Shown: positions 1 through 9,683 of the stretch, piece after piece
Layout of the letters: every line of letters starts with the position of its first letter
How positions within the stretch are numbered: position 1 is the first letter of the stretch
NCBI GenBank assembly: GCA_029247365.1
Contig: JAQWLJ010000032.1
Coordinates: 1,679 to 65,678 of the forward strand
Direction of reading: 5' to 3'
DNA from: Acidimicrobiales bacterium
GTDB lineage: Bacteria; Actinomycetota; Acidimicrobiia; Acidimicrobiales; Aldehydirespiratoraceae
DNA: 64,000 nucleotides
The notes under the pieces: generated by a model
The model's input: the letters and a program-made list of their open reading frames with translations, nothing else
Told to the model about the DNA's origin: nothing
Database searches by the model: none
Position numbers and translations under genes: made by a program

Positions 1-201
1 CAACGCCTTGCCGGTGGTCGACTTGCCGCAGCCAGACTCGCCGACAAGACCGAGCGTCTCACCTTTGACGATGTCGAAGCTAATGCCACTCACCGCGTGA
101 ACAACACGGTCGCGCCCAATGGGAAATTCGACGGTGAGGTCCTCGACGCGCAGGAGCGCTTCGTTGCCAGTACGCAGATGTGCGGTGCCGGATCCAGCCA
201 T
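1..201 (-). CDS. Peptide/nickel ABC transporter ATP-binding subunit (OppF/DppF-like), runs off the window edge
   Basis: Read manually: [26 protein letters not shown]...[12 protein letters not shown] (Walker A). ATG overlaps the upstream stop as TGATG. Confidence 0.9.
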   Translation of the reverse strand, partial: MAGSGTAHLRTGNEALLRVEDLTVEFPIGRDRVVHAVSGISFDIVKGETLGLVGESGCGKSTTGKAL

Positions 202-1358
202 CAGCCTGCCCAACCGGTCGAGTTGTCTTCCGAAGCGGTGAGGCGACCGGCCACCACGAGCGTCTGTGGCAAACCCTCGGCGAGGTTGGTCTCGAATGCT
301 TCCTTCGCCGCTGGACTTCCGACGGGCGTGTGACACGCGAACTGATGACCGCTGCTACCGGCGGCCTGTAATTGCGGCTCTTCTTCGTGGCACTTCGCGC
401 GGGCGTACGGGCATCGTGGCGCGAACGAGCAACCCTTCGGAGGGTTGATCAGATCCGGCGGACGCCCCGTGATTGCACTCAAGCGCGTGTGTTTCGGCTT
501 GGTGGTCTGCGGGATGCTGTTGAGCAGCGCTTCAGTGTAAGGGTGCCGCATTTCGCTAAAGAGGGTTGCGGTGGGTGCCTGTTCGACGACCTTGCCGGCG
601 TACATCACGGCGATTTCGTCGGCACGGCCAGCCACAACCCCTAGGTCGTGGGTGACAAGGATCATCGCCATGTTGCGATCGCGCTGTTGCCCTGCGAGTA
701 AGTTGAGGATCTGGTGTTGCACCGTCACATCGAGTGCAGTGGTTGGCTCGTCGGCAAACAGCACTTCAGGGCTGCAGGCAAGCGCCATGGCGATGCAGAC
801 GCGCTGGCGCATACCACCCGACATCTCGTGTGGGTAGACGTCGAAACGTTCCTCAGCCTCAGGGATCTTGACCGAGTGCAAGAGCTCGGTACCGATCGAC
901 TGTGCCTTGGCCTTCGAGACGCCGAGGTGAGCCCGGACATGCTCGGTGAGCTGACGCCCGATCTTGACGACTGGGTTGAGCGAGGTCATCGGATCTTGAA
1001 ACACCATCGCCATGTCTCTGCCCCACAACGCCTTCATCTCCTTGGATGAGCGGCCGACAAGTTCCTTGCCCTCGTACTGGACCGAACCGGTGGTGACTGC
1101 GTTGCCGGCGACGTTCAGCCCCATAATCGAACGCGAAAGAACCGTCTTACCGGAGCCAGACTCACCTACAACGCCGAGCGTCTTGCCGCGTTCGAGCGTC
1201 AGAGAGACACCATCAACCGCCTTCACGGCGCCCGCAGGCACCGTGAAGTGGGTCTTCAGGTCGTTGACGACGAGCGCCGGTTGACCATCGGAGACAGCCG
1301 CCATCAGATCCTGATCTCCACTGTCACATCTCCACGAAGCGTCTGTGTCCGGCGTCAC
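201..1358 (-). CDS. Peptide/nickel ABC transporter ATP-binding subunit (OppD/DppD-like)
   Basis: [27 protein letters not shown]-terminal HPYT...GCSFAPRC oligo_HPY domain. Confidence 0.93.
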   Translation of the reverse strand: MTPDTDASWRCDSGDQDLMAAVSDGQPALVVNDLKTHFTVPAGAVKAVDGVSLTLERGKTLGVVGESGSGKTVLSRSIMGLNVAGNAVTTGSVQYEGKELVGRSSKEMKALWGRDMAMVFQDPMTSLNPVVKIGRQLTEHVRAHLGVSKAKAQSIGTELLHSVKIPEAEERFDVYPHEMSGGMRQRVCIAMALACSPEVLFADEPTTALDVTVQHQILNLLAGQQRDRNMAMILVTHDLGVVAGRADEIAVMYAGKVVEQAPTATLFSEMRHPYTEALLNSIPQTTKPKHTRLSAITGRPPDLINPPKGCSFAPRCPYARAKCHEEEPQLQAAGSSGHQFACHTPVGSPAAKEAFETNLAEGLPQTLVVAGRLTASEDNSTGWAG

Positions 1359-1403
1359 ACCAAGTCTCGCACCTTAGTCCAAGTTTGTGGCATTGGGACC
1401 AAC

Positions 1404-2306
1404 TCAAGACCGGAAAAGGTCAAACACTTCTTCGAAGGCCTTCAGTTGTCCCCCATTGACAGACGACGGGACCAGAATCGGGGTACGTAGACCGGCATCA
1501 CACCACTCCTTGAGCCCCTCCCTAACCTCATCTGCGGGTCCGTGGAGTGTGCAGTCTTGGAGCCACGCATTAGACATGAGCTCCGGAACCGCAGCGTGGT
1601 CGCCGGCGTCCTGGGCAACTTCGATCGCTTCCATCTCGTTGCCGTACCCGGCCTGTTTCCAGTAGTTGCGGTAGTTCGGCAGCCCGACGTACATGGTGAG
1701 TGTTTTTCGCATCACCGCTGCGGCCGCCTCGCGGTCATCACTGATACAGGTGGGAATCATGCCGCCGAGGAAAAAATCAGCATCGCGCTCAGGGCATCGC
1801 TCGAGGGTGTGCGCGAAGTCACTGCGGGCTGCGTTGGCGAAGACCATCCCATCGGCGATTTCGACGGCGAGCGCGCACATCTTGTCGCGCATGGCAGCAA
1901 GCACGATCGGGGGCATCTCCCCCACCCGCCGCTGCGATTGGAACGCTTCAACGAAGTCGCGAATGTCGGCGAGTGGACGACCAGCAGTAAGACCAAGCCG
2001 GTCGTTAATCGGTGAGTGCGAGACCCCGACACCGAATTGGAAGCGACCTTCGGACACCTCGTGGATCAACGACGCGGTTTCCGCATAGTCGGCGACATGG
2101 CGCGTGTACATGTTCACGATCGAGGTCCCAAACTCGATGGTGTCGGTCACCTGCCCGATCGCCTGACAGAGGCCAAGACCGTCCCCAAACGATGGGCAGT
2201 AGATCCCGGCAAAGCCGCGCGCCTCGATCTCACGGGCGAGGTCGAGTGTGGCCGCCCGCCGGCCGGGCACGGCAATCAACGACAGGGCGGGCAATGACGT
2301 GTTCAT
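1404..2306 (-). CDS. LLM-class (luciferase-like) flavin/F420-dependent oxidoreductase
   Basis: EFGTSIVN, GRFQFGVGVSH, PPIVLAAM..EIADG pattern typical of the LLM fold. Confidence 0.85.
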   Translation of the reverse strand: MNTSLPALSLIAVPGRRAATLDLAREIEARGFAGIYCPSFGDGLGLCQAIGQVTDTIEFGTSIVNMYTRHVADYAETASLIHEVSEGRFQFGVGVSHSPINDRLGLTAGRPLADIRDFVEAFQSQRRVGEMPPIVLAAMRDKMCALAVEIADGMVFANAARSDFAHTLERCPERDADFFLGGMIPTCISDDREAAAAVMRKTLTMYVGLPNYRNYWKQAGYGNEMEAIEVAQDAGDHAAVPELMSNAWLQDCTLHGPADEVREGLKEWCDAGLRTPILVPSSVNGGQLKAFEEVFDLFRS

Positions 2307-3406
2307 GAAGTGAGTCCTTCAGGAAGTCCACCGGGGTTGGCAGCGAGATGATCGAACACGCCCACAGGACGCGTTCGTCGGTACTCAGCGACGATGAGTT
2401 CAAGTTCGGACGGGCTCGCGCCATGCAGGATCACGCCGTCACAGCCAAGTTCGAACTGGCCATGAATCGCCTTCACGCACTGTGCCGGCGTGCCGGTTGC
2501 GGCAGAAGCAAGCCACTCATCAGGGATGAGTGTCGCGACATGTTCGAGTTCCGCGGTCGTAGCCGAATGATCTAGCGCCCCATCGAAGCCGTTCACAAAT
2601 GGATCTCGGCGAAAGCGCTCGAGCACCGCCGGATCCCAGTCGTTGGTCCGCACCAGGAGGTCACCGTAGGCTTGGAGATAGGTCGCCATTCGGCCGACGG
2701 TCTTCTTCAACCGCAATGCCGCCGGGAGATGATCGCCGATGGTTGCGAAGCATGACCAGACCCGAACGTGGTCGGGATCTCGCCCCACCTGCTCGGCCGC
2801 CGCCTTCGCCGCTGCCACCGAGCGAACGGTCGTCTCGTCCGTGAAGAACGTATGCAGTACCACGGCGTCGAAACAGCGGCCTGCGAGCGACAGCGAGTTT
2901 GGCCCAAAGGCGGTCAATGTCATCGGGATGTGCGCCGGCTCAATCCCCCGCATCGCGAGCACCGGATAGCGACCTGCGGGCCCGTCATGGCCAATGACCA
3001 CCTCGCCAGCCCACACCCGTCGCATGAGACCGACGAAATCTTCCATCTGCGCTGTGGTGATCGCGCCCAAGCCGAACGCCTTCGATACCCGCTCGATGCC
3101 CCGACCGAGTCCAAGGGAATACCGGCCGCCCGTCAGGTGATGCATAGTCATCGCGTGTGCGGCAGTGACCATCGGGTGACGGGTGTTGTGGTTCGTCGCA
3201 GCGGTTGCGATGCCGATACGCTCTGACGCCGCGCCGACTGCGCCGCATACCGTTGCGGCTTCCTTGACGTTCAGCCGCTCACTGACAAAGCAGCCACCGA
3301 TGCCCATCGCCTCGGCACTCCGAACCTCGTCGATGAGGTCGCTAGTACGGTCGGGAGCTCCAGCGAGCGTGTAGAACGCCAGTTCGTTCATTGAATCGGA
3401 CGACAT
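2303..3406 (-). CDS. LLM-class F420-dependent oxidoreductase (TIGR03857-like)
   Basis: NELAFYTLAG, SERLNVKEA, ATAATNHNTRHP, LHTFFTDE. Start placed at ATG 3406 after the TACGGT -10 box. Confidence 0.85.
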   Translation of the reverse strand: MSSDSMNELAFYTLAGAPDRTSDLIDEVRSAEAMGIGGCFVSERLNVKEAATVCGAVGAASERIGIATAATNHNTRHPMVTAAHAMTMHHLTGGRYSLGLGRGIERVSKAFGLGAITTAQMEDFVGLMRRVWAGEVVIGHDGPAGRYPVLAMRGIEPAHIPMTLTAFGPNSLSLAGRCFDAVVLHTFFTDETTVRSVAAAKAAAEQVGRDPDHVRVWSCFATIGDHLPAALRLKKTVGRMATYLQAYGDLLVRTNDWDPAVLERFRRDPFVNGFDGALDHSATTAELEHVATLIPDEWLASAATGTPAQCVKAIHGQFELGCDGVILHGASPSELELIVAEYRRTRPVGVFDHLAANPGGLPEGLTS

Positions 3407-3447
3407 CGCCGGCGACCGTACCCTGTTCGATTCCTTTGGCGGCAAGT

Positions 3448-4431
3448 TCATGCGTAATGGCAGGCAACGAACTGGCCGACAGCCACTTCGCGAAGCTCAG
3501 GTTCCTCCACGGCACACCTGTTAGTCGCCAATGGGCAGCGGGTCCGGAACCGACAACCGCTTGGAGGTTCGATCGGAGACGGAAGTTCACCCGAGATCAA
3601 CGTGCTCGCATCGGAAAGCCCTAGCTCGTGGCCGGGGATCGACGCGAGGAGGGCTCGCGTGTAGGGGTGTGCCGGCGTGTCGAAGAGTGGCTGTGTGTCC
3701 GCCACCTCACAGACCTTGCCGAGATACATCACCATGACCCGGTCGCTGACATTTCGCACCACCGCCAGATCGTGCGACACGAATACCATCGTGAGACCGA
3801 AATCCGCCTTCAGGTCTTCGAGCAGGTTGAGGATTTGGGCCTGCACCGACACGTCCAGGGCCGACACCGGCTCGTCGAGGATCAAGACCTCGGGATCCAT
3901 CACGAGCGCTCGAGCAATACAGATCCGCTGACACTGGCCGCCGGAGAACTCGTGCGGGCGCCGCTCCCCCACGCCCTCGCCGCCGAGTCCGACCGCCTCC
4001 ATGATCTCCTCCACCCGGGCATCGGTGAACGGGCCAGGCTGACTCCCCCAGATCTCGAGCCCTTCCCTAACGAGGTCGCGGACCCGTCGCCGAGGATTAA
4101 GCGAGCTCACCGGGTCCTGGAAAATCATCTGCATGTCGCGGCGCTTCCTCGCCAGCTCCGATCCCTCGAGCCCAGTCAGCTCGTGGTCACGGAACTCGAC
4201 CGATCCGGACCGAGCGTCCTGAAGGCGCATCACTGCCCGTCCAAGTGTGGTCTTGCCGCAGCCCGACTCGCCGACGACCCCCAACGTCTCGCCTTGAGCC
4301 ACGTCGACGCTGACGCCGGAGACCGCGTGCACTACCTGGCCCTTTCCCGCCGGAAACTCGACCACGAGATCCCTCACCCGCAGCACGATGTCGTCGCCGG
4401 TACGGAGGTGAGCGCTGCCGGTACCGGCCAT
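3448..4431 (-). CDS. Peptide/nickel ABC transporter ATP-binding subunit (OppF-like)
   Basis: GESGCGKT, FSGGQCQR, LDEPVSALD, HPYT...GCRFRTRC. Start at MAGTGSAHLR, overlapping the upstream TGA. Confidence 0.92.
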   Translation of the reverse strand: MAGTGSAHLRTGDDIVLRVRDLVVEFPAGKGQVVHAVSGVSVDVAQGETLGVVGESGCGKTTLGRAVMRLQDARSGSVEFRDHELTGLEGSELARKRRDMQMIFQDPVSSLNPRRRVRDLVREGLEIWGSQPGPFTDARVEEIMEAVGLGGEGVGERRPHEFSGGQCQRICIARALVMDPEVLILDEPVSALDVSVQAQILNLLEDLKADFGLTMVFVSHDLAVVRNVSDRVMVMYLGKVCEVADTQPLFDTPAHPYTRALLASIPGHELGLSDASTLISGELPSPIEPPSGCRFRTRCPLATNRCAVEEPELREVAVGQFVACHYA

Positions 4432-6335
4432 CAGCGCGCCTCGCCTTGGCCGGGGTGCCAGCACCGGAATTCGACCGATCCGAGACGCTCGAGCACCGGC
4501 ACCTCGGATCGGCATCGCTCGTCTGCACCCGCGCAGCGGTCGGCGAAGCGGCAGCCCGCCGGTGGTGCGACGAGTGACGGCGGCTGGCCTTCGATGGCTG
4601 CCAGCCGACTGTGGATCGGAAGGTCGAGTCGGGGCGTCGACTCGAGAAGTGCCTGCGTGTAGCGATGCTGGGGGTCGCCGAACACGGCGCTGGTCGGGCC
4701 CGACTCGACGATCTGCCCCCCGTACATGACCGCCACGTCATCGGCCCATCCCCGTACCACCGAGAGGTCGTGCGTCACTAACACCACCGCCATGTTGTAT
4801 TCGTCGCCAAGAGAGGCCAGCAGTCGCAGTATCTGGTCCTGGATCGTGACGTCGAGCGCGGTGGTCGGTTCGTCAGCGAGCAACAGGCGCGGCTCATTCG
4901 CAAGCGCTATGGCGATCGTTACCCGCTGCTGCATACCTCCAGAAAGCTGATGGGGATACATGTCGACGCGACGACCGGGTCGCGGAATGCCGACCTGCTC
5001 GAGGAGTTCGATCGCGCGGGCCCGGGCCGCAGCCTTCGAGATGGCTCGGTGGACCCGCATGACCTCGACGAGCTGTGAGCCAACCGTACGGACCGGGTTG
5101 AGGGCGCTCAAGGGGTTCTGTGAAATGACCCCGATCTCGTTGCCCAGCATCGCTGACCGGCTGGCAGGCGACGCCGAGAGAAGGTCCGTGCCATCCACAA
5201 CGACTCGTCCCTCGCGCTGCACCCCGACTACCGGGAACGCGCCGGTGATCGAGCGGAGGAGCATGGTCTTCCCGCTTCCGGATTCGCCGACGACCCCGAG
5301 TGTACGACCGGTCCGAACATCGAGCGACACGCCGTCGACCGCCGTCACGACGCCACCAGGCGTCGGAAAGGACGTCCGAAGATCGCGGATGCTGAGCAAT
5401 GCGTCAGATGCGCTGGCCGTAGTCGGCCGAGGACCATCCGCCCTGCGCTTGCGGCCAACGACAATGGGACGCGGGTCGATCAGCTCGCGCACCCCATCAC
5501 CTACATAGTTGAACGCCATGATCGTAAGGAACATCGCCGTGGCGGGGATGAGGGCAAGGTGAGGCGCCTCCCGGATCAAGCCCTGTCCACCGGCGATCAG
5601 GCTGCCCCAGGTGCGCTGCTCGAGACCGAGGCCAAGGAAGGCCAAAGCACCCTCAGTCGCAATCACGAGGCCGAATCCGAGAAAGCCGAACGCGATCGCC
5701 GGGAGCGCAACGAGCGGCAGAAGCTCCTTGATCACAACGCGCGACTGGCTCGCTCCCATAGCTCGAGCTGCATCGACAAAGTCGCGTTCGGCGACGGCAA
5801 TCGTGACCCCGCGAACGATACGGGCATAGCTAGGTACAGCAAGGACTGCCATGACGGGAATCAGGATCGCCATAGTGATGCCCCAGATCGCGCCCACTGC
5901 GAACAGCAGCACAATTGCCGGAAAGGCAAACATGATTTCAGCAATCCCCATGATGACGGCGTCGGTGCGGCCGCGGACGTAGCCGGCCACGACACCGATG
6001 AGCACGCCGAGAGAGCCGCCGATAAGCGTGACTGCAGCCGATAGAACCATCGCCGGCCGAGCACCGTGGACGATCTGAGCGAAGAGGTCACGGCCCTGCC
6101 CGTCACCACCGAACCAGGCATTTACTCCCGGCGATTCGAAGCGCTGAATCTCACCCGTACGAATGCCCAGCGCGTCCGGGTCACGAAGGGGAAGCAGGTC
6201 GGCGAGTACCGCTGCAGCTATGACAAGCAGGATCCAGCTCACCGATGTCCAGAAAACGACTCCCATCTTCGGTCGTTCTGGCGCGAACGATTTCGCCTCA
6301 GGAATCGGTGCCGCGTTGGTTTCAACGGTTGCCAT
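4431..6335 (-). CDS. Fused ABC permease (OppC-like) plus ATP-binding domain (OppD-like)
   Basis: N-terminal TM segments with WFGGDGQGRD and FVDAARAMGAS (EAA-like motif), then [25 protein letters not shown]. Confidence 0.9.
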   Translation of the reverse strand: MATVETNAAPIPEAKSFAPERPKMGVVFWTSVSWILLVIAAAVLADLLPLRDPDALGIRTGEIQRFESPGVNAWFGGDGQGRDLFAQIVHGARPAMVLSAAVTLIGGSLGVLIGVVAGYVRGRTDAVIMGIAEIMFAFPAIVLLFAVGAIWGITMAILIPVMAVLAVPSYARIVRGVTIAVAERDFVDAARAMGASQSRVVIKELLPLVALPAIAFGFLGFGLVIATEGALAFLGLGLEQRTWGSLIAGGQGLIREAPHLALIPATAMFLTIMAFNYVGDGVRELIDPRPIVVGRKRRADGPRPTTASASDALLSIRDLRTSFPTPGGVVTAVDGVSLDVRTGRTLGVVGESGSGKTMLLRSITGAFPVVGVQREGRVVVDGTDLLSASPASRSAMLGNEIGVISQNPLSALNPVRTVGSQLVEVMRVHRAISKAAARARAIELLEQVGIPRPGRRVDMYPHQLSGGMQQRVTIAIALANEPRLLLADEPTTALDVTIQDQILRLLASLGDEYNMAVVLVTHDLSVVRGWADDVAVMYGGQIVESGPTSAVFGDPQHRYTQALLESTPRLDLPIHSRLAAIEGQPPSLVAPPAGCRFADRCAGADERCRSEVPVLERLGSVEFRCWHPGQGEAR

Positions 6336-7275
6336 GGCGAACCCTCGGATCAAGTACGGCGTAGAGGGCGTCGACGATGAAGTTGGCGATAACGAACGCA
6401 AGACTGAGCAGCAGCACCACGCCCATCACGACGTCGTAGTCCTCGGTGAAGATGGCGGTGACGGCGAGCCGACCCATGCCGGGCACAGCAAACAGCGTCT
6501 CAGCGATGAGCGCACCACCCAGCAGCCCGGCGGTGGCGAGCCCTGCTGCGGTGAGCAGGCTGAATGCACTGGGGCGAAAGGCATGACGCCACAGCACTCG
6601 TCGGCGGGAGTAGCCCCGCGACTGAGCCATCAGCACAAAGTCCTGCTGCAACGTCTCGATCAGGTCTGTGCGAAGCAATCGCACGTAAATGGCAATCATC
6701 CCGGCTGCCAGCGTCAGCGCTGGCAGGATCAACTGCCGGAGGTTCTCGACGGGATCATCGAAGGGGCCGGGGAGGTCGGTGGCAACCGCGGGCAGCCACT
6801 CGAGTCGGACCGCGAAGATGAATGCGAGATAGATGCCAAGAACGAATGCGGGGGTAGCGAGCATTCCGAACGACATCGCTCCTGTCAGCCGGTCGAACCA
6901 GCCGTTCGGACGCTGCGCCGAATAGATGCCTGCGGGGATCGAGACGGCGAGGGCGATGACCTGCGCAAGGATCATGAGCTCAACCGTGTGTGGCATCGCA
7001 TCACCGATCAGCTTCGAAGCCGGCTGCTCGTTCAGCACCGACGTGCCGAAATCGCCTTGCACCACCCCGGTCACCCAGTCGGCGTAGCGAACATGGAAAG
7101 GGTCATTGAGGCCCAACTCCGATCGGATCTCCTCGACCCGTTCCGGCGTTGCCGCGAAGCCGGCCTTGGCGGCAGCCGGGTCGCCGGGCGCGGCTGATAG
7201 TAGCGAAAAGGTCGCGAGGCTCACCGCGATCGCGACGGCCACGAGCCGGACAATGAGGCGTCCGAGAAGTTTCAC
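6322..7275 (-). CDS. Peptide/nickel ABC transporter permease (OppB-like)
   Basis: PGDPA, GDFGTS, LILPALTL, ETLFAVPGMG, LYAVLDPRVR. Confidence 0.93.
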   Translation of the reverse strand: MKLLGRLIVRLVAVAIAVSLATFSLLSAAPGDPAAAKAGFAATPERVEEIRSELGLNDPFHVRYADWVTGVVQGDFGTSVLNEQPASKLIGDAMPHTVELMILAQVIALAVSIPAGIYSAQRPNGWFDRLTGAMSFGMLATPAFVLGIYLAFIFAVRLEWLPAVATDLPGPFDDPVENLRQLILPALTLAAGMIAIYVRLLRTDLIETLQQDFVLMAQSRGYSRRRVLWRHAFRPSAFSLLTAAGLATAGLLGGALIAETLFAVPGMGRLAVTAIFTEDYDVVMGVVLLLSLAFVIANFIVDALYAVLDPRVRHGNR

Positions 7276-7382
7276 CGGCGGTCGACCATCACGTCCCCGT
7301 CCTCGATGACCACGGCGCGCCCATCGCTGTAGGTCATCGCGCTGGTGTCGAGCACGGCGGCATTGCGTACGATCGTCCTCAC
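7272..7382 (-). pseudogene. 36-aa remnant resembling an internally deleted amidohydrolase
   Basis: GGAGGGGAG SD, then GTG: VRTIVRNAAVLDTSAMTYSDGRAVVIEDGDVMVDRR*. Stop overlaps the oppB start (GTGA). Confidence 0.55.
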
Positions 7383-7442
7383 CGGCGCTCCCCTCCTGCA
7401 GGCAACTGAGCGCCGACTGTAGTCACAAGACCGGCTTTGCCA

Positions 7443-8492
7443 TCAAAGCTGTGTCGCGGACCGGATCACCGCCACGGAGCGTTCAAGGTTCTCGATCTGC
7501 TCCGCTCCAGTGGCCCCGTTTGGGCCAAGGCGGAGCCCGCTGACGCCGGCGGCCGAGCAGGCCCGGACCCGTTGTCGAACCATGTCCTCCGTGCCGATCA
7601 GATAGGCCTGCAACACCATCTCATCGGGCACCGCAGCCGCGGCTGCGGCCTTGTCGCCCTCGACCCACATCCGCTGAACCTCCTGGGCGATGTCGGCCCA
7701 CCCAGCGCGTGAGTAGGCAGCGTTGTAGAAGTTGGTCTTCGCCGAACCCATACCGCCGAGAGTGAACGCCATGCCCTGCTTCGAACGGGCAATCAACTTG
7801 TCAACATCGTCACTCACGGCGATCTGCGCGTTGATTTGGATGTCGACATCGTCAAGGCTGCGTCCGGCCTTCGCTGCCCCGGCACGGATTGGGTCAAGGA
7901 AGACGTCGGCGGCTTCGGGGATGAAGGAGGTCCCCAACCAGCCATCGGCAAGTTCGCCGGTGAGTTCGAGCGACTTTGGGCCGAGTGTCGCCAGATAGAT
8001 CGGCAAGGCAGGGCGAGGCCGGATCGATGAGCGCAGCGCCTTGCCCTCGCCGCCTGGCCGCGGCAGCACGTAGTGCTCGCCTTCGTAGACCACCCGCTCA
8101 CCTCGCAGCACCATACGCACGATCTCGATGTACTCACGGAGGCGGCTGAGCGGTTTGGCGAACGCTTCACCGTGTAACCCCTCGACCACCTGGGGGCCAC
8201 TCACCCCGAGGCCAAGCACGAATCTGTCGTCCGAGAGCTGCGACATGGACAGGGCGGTCATCGCGGTCATGGCGGGCGTGCGAGCACTGATCTGCATAAT
8301 CCCGGGTCCGAGCTTGATGCGATCGGTAACCGCTGCGAGATAGCCAAGCGACGATACGGCCTCCATCCCCCAGGCCTCTGCCGACCAAACGGTGTCGACG
8401 CCGAGCCGCTCTGCTGCCTTGACGTACTCGACGATGTCAGCCCACCTTTCACCGTCGTAGTAGGCGCTACCGACACTCACCGAGATCTTCAT
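7443..8492 (-). CDS. LLM-class F420-dependent oxidoreductase
   Basis: VWSAEAWG, QISARTPA, LGLGVSGPQVVEGLHG, GELADGW. Start at ATG 8492 after TAGCGT. Confidence 0.9.
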   Translation of the reverse strand: MKISVSVGSAYYDGERWADIVEYVKAAERLGVDTVWSAEAWGMEAVSSLGYLAAVTDRIKLGPGIMQISARTPAMTAMTALSMSQLSDDRFVLGLGVSGPQVVEGLHGEAFAKPLSRLREYIEIVRMVLRGERVVYEGEHYVLPRPGGEGKALRSSIRPRPALPIYLATLGPKSLELTGELADGWLGTSFIPEAADVFLDPIRAGAAKAGRSLDDVDIQINAQIAVSDDVDKLIARSKQGMAFTLGGMGSAKTNFYNAAYSRAGWADIAQEVQRMWVEGDKAAAAAAVPDEMVLQAYLIGTEDMVRQRVRACSAAGVSGLRLGPNGATGAEQIENLERSVAVIRSATQL

Positions 8493-8502
8493 CGGGCTGA
8501 CG

Positions 8503-9660
8503 CTAGGCCACGGCGTCGACGACACGGAGCAGGTTCTCACCCCAGATGCTGGCGATCGCACCGCTGGAGTAGCCACGCGCAACCAACGCGTGGGTCACGT
8601 TCGGGGCATCGTGGGCCTCCTGGTAGCCGGAGATGCCGCCGCCGTGGTTGAAGTCGGTGCCGATCCCCACGTGCTCGATTCCGACCCGCTCGACGATGTG
8701 GTCGAGGTGGTCCACCATCGTCTCGACGGTCGCCTTTCCAAGGTGGCCCCGGACCGTGCGAAGAAAATCGTTTCGCTCTTCGGGGTCGGGAAGCTCCCAG
8801 TACAACTCGAACGGGTACAGGTACTCGGCGGGCAGGCCGGCCGCCACACGAGCCGAGCGGACGTTCGCCACAAGTACCTCGTCGGTTGAGTCGAACAGAT
8901 AGCCGAGAAACGGCGTCACGCAGACCACACCGCTTAGCGCGGCAATGCCGTCGATTTCTCGATCGCTGAGGTTACGGCTCACGTCACAGCGGGACCGGGC
9001 ATTCGAGTGGCTGGCGATCACCGGCGCATCGCTGATGTCGAGGACCTGCAGCGTTGCGTTCTCCGACAGCTGACTGACATCGAGAACGCCACCAAATCCG
9101 TTGATTCGCTTGACCGCTTCTCGCCCGAGCGCCGATAGGCCACCATGTTCCTCCCGAGGCTCGTGTTGGCCGGTAGTGCTGTCGAAGTTGGGTCGGGAGG
9201 AGTCAGCGAACTCGTTGTGCCCGATGTGGGTCAGAGCGAAGATCCGACAGCCGGCCGAGTGGAAGTCCGCGATTGCGTCGAGATCGGTGCCCACCATCTG
9301 GGTGTTTTGCCAGCCGAGCATGATCGAACGACGATTGGCCGCGTGAGCCCGCCGAACGTCGGCGGCACTGCGCGCAAGATCGACGGCGGGGTCTTCGGCC
9401 ACGAGGTCGAGTGCGGCGGCGAGCTTCCGGTCGGCGAGGCGCCGGGCGGACGCCACGCCTGCATCGTTGCGCCGCCCTGGCCCCACTGCCACGGCCATGA
9501 CCGTGCAGTCCACACCGCCTCGCGCCATTTTGTTGGGGGTTACCTTCGAATGGCCATCGCGCCCGCAGTAGGCCGAGGGCTTGTCAGGTAGTTCGATGTC
9601 GGCGTGGGCGTCGATGACGATGATGCCGTGATGGATCTGATCAGATTCTGACGAAGCCAT
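8503..9660 (-). CDS. Membrane dipeptidase (peptidase M19) family protein
   Basis: IDAHAD, LTHIGHN, DVSQLS, PVIASHSN, HVGIGTDF. Confidence 0.88.
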   Translation of the reverse strand: MASSESDQIHHGIIVIDAHADIELPDKPSAYCGRDGHSKVTPNKMARGGVDCTVMAVAVGPGRRNDAGVASARRLADRKLAAALDLVAEDPAVDLARSAADVRRAHAANRRSIMLGWQNTQMVGTDLDAIADFHSAGCRIFALTHIGHNEFADSSRPNFDSTTGQHEPREEHGGLSALGREAVKRINGFGGVLDVSQLSENATLQVLDISDAPVIASHSNARSRCDVSRNLSDREIDGIAALSGVVCVTPFLGYLFDSTDEVLVANVRSARVAAGLPAEYLYPFELYWELPDPEERNDFLRTVRGHLGKATVETMVDHLDHIVERVGIEHVGIGTDFNHGGGISGYQEAHDAPNVTHALVARGYSSGAIASIWGENLLRVVDAVA

Positions 9661-9683
9661 CGGCAAATCGTAGTGTCCGTGCG

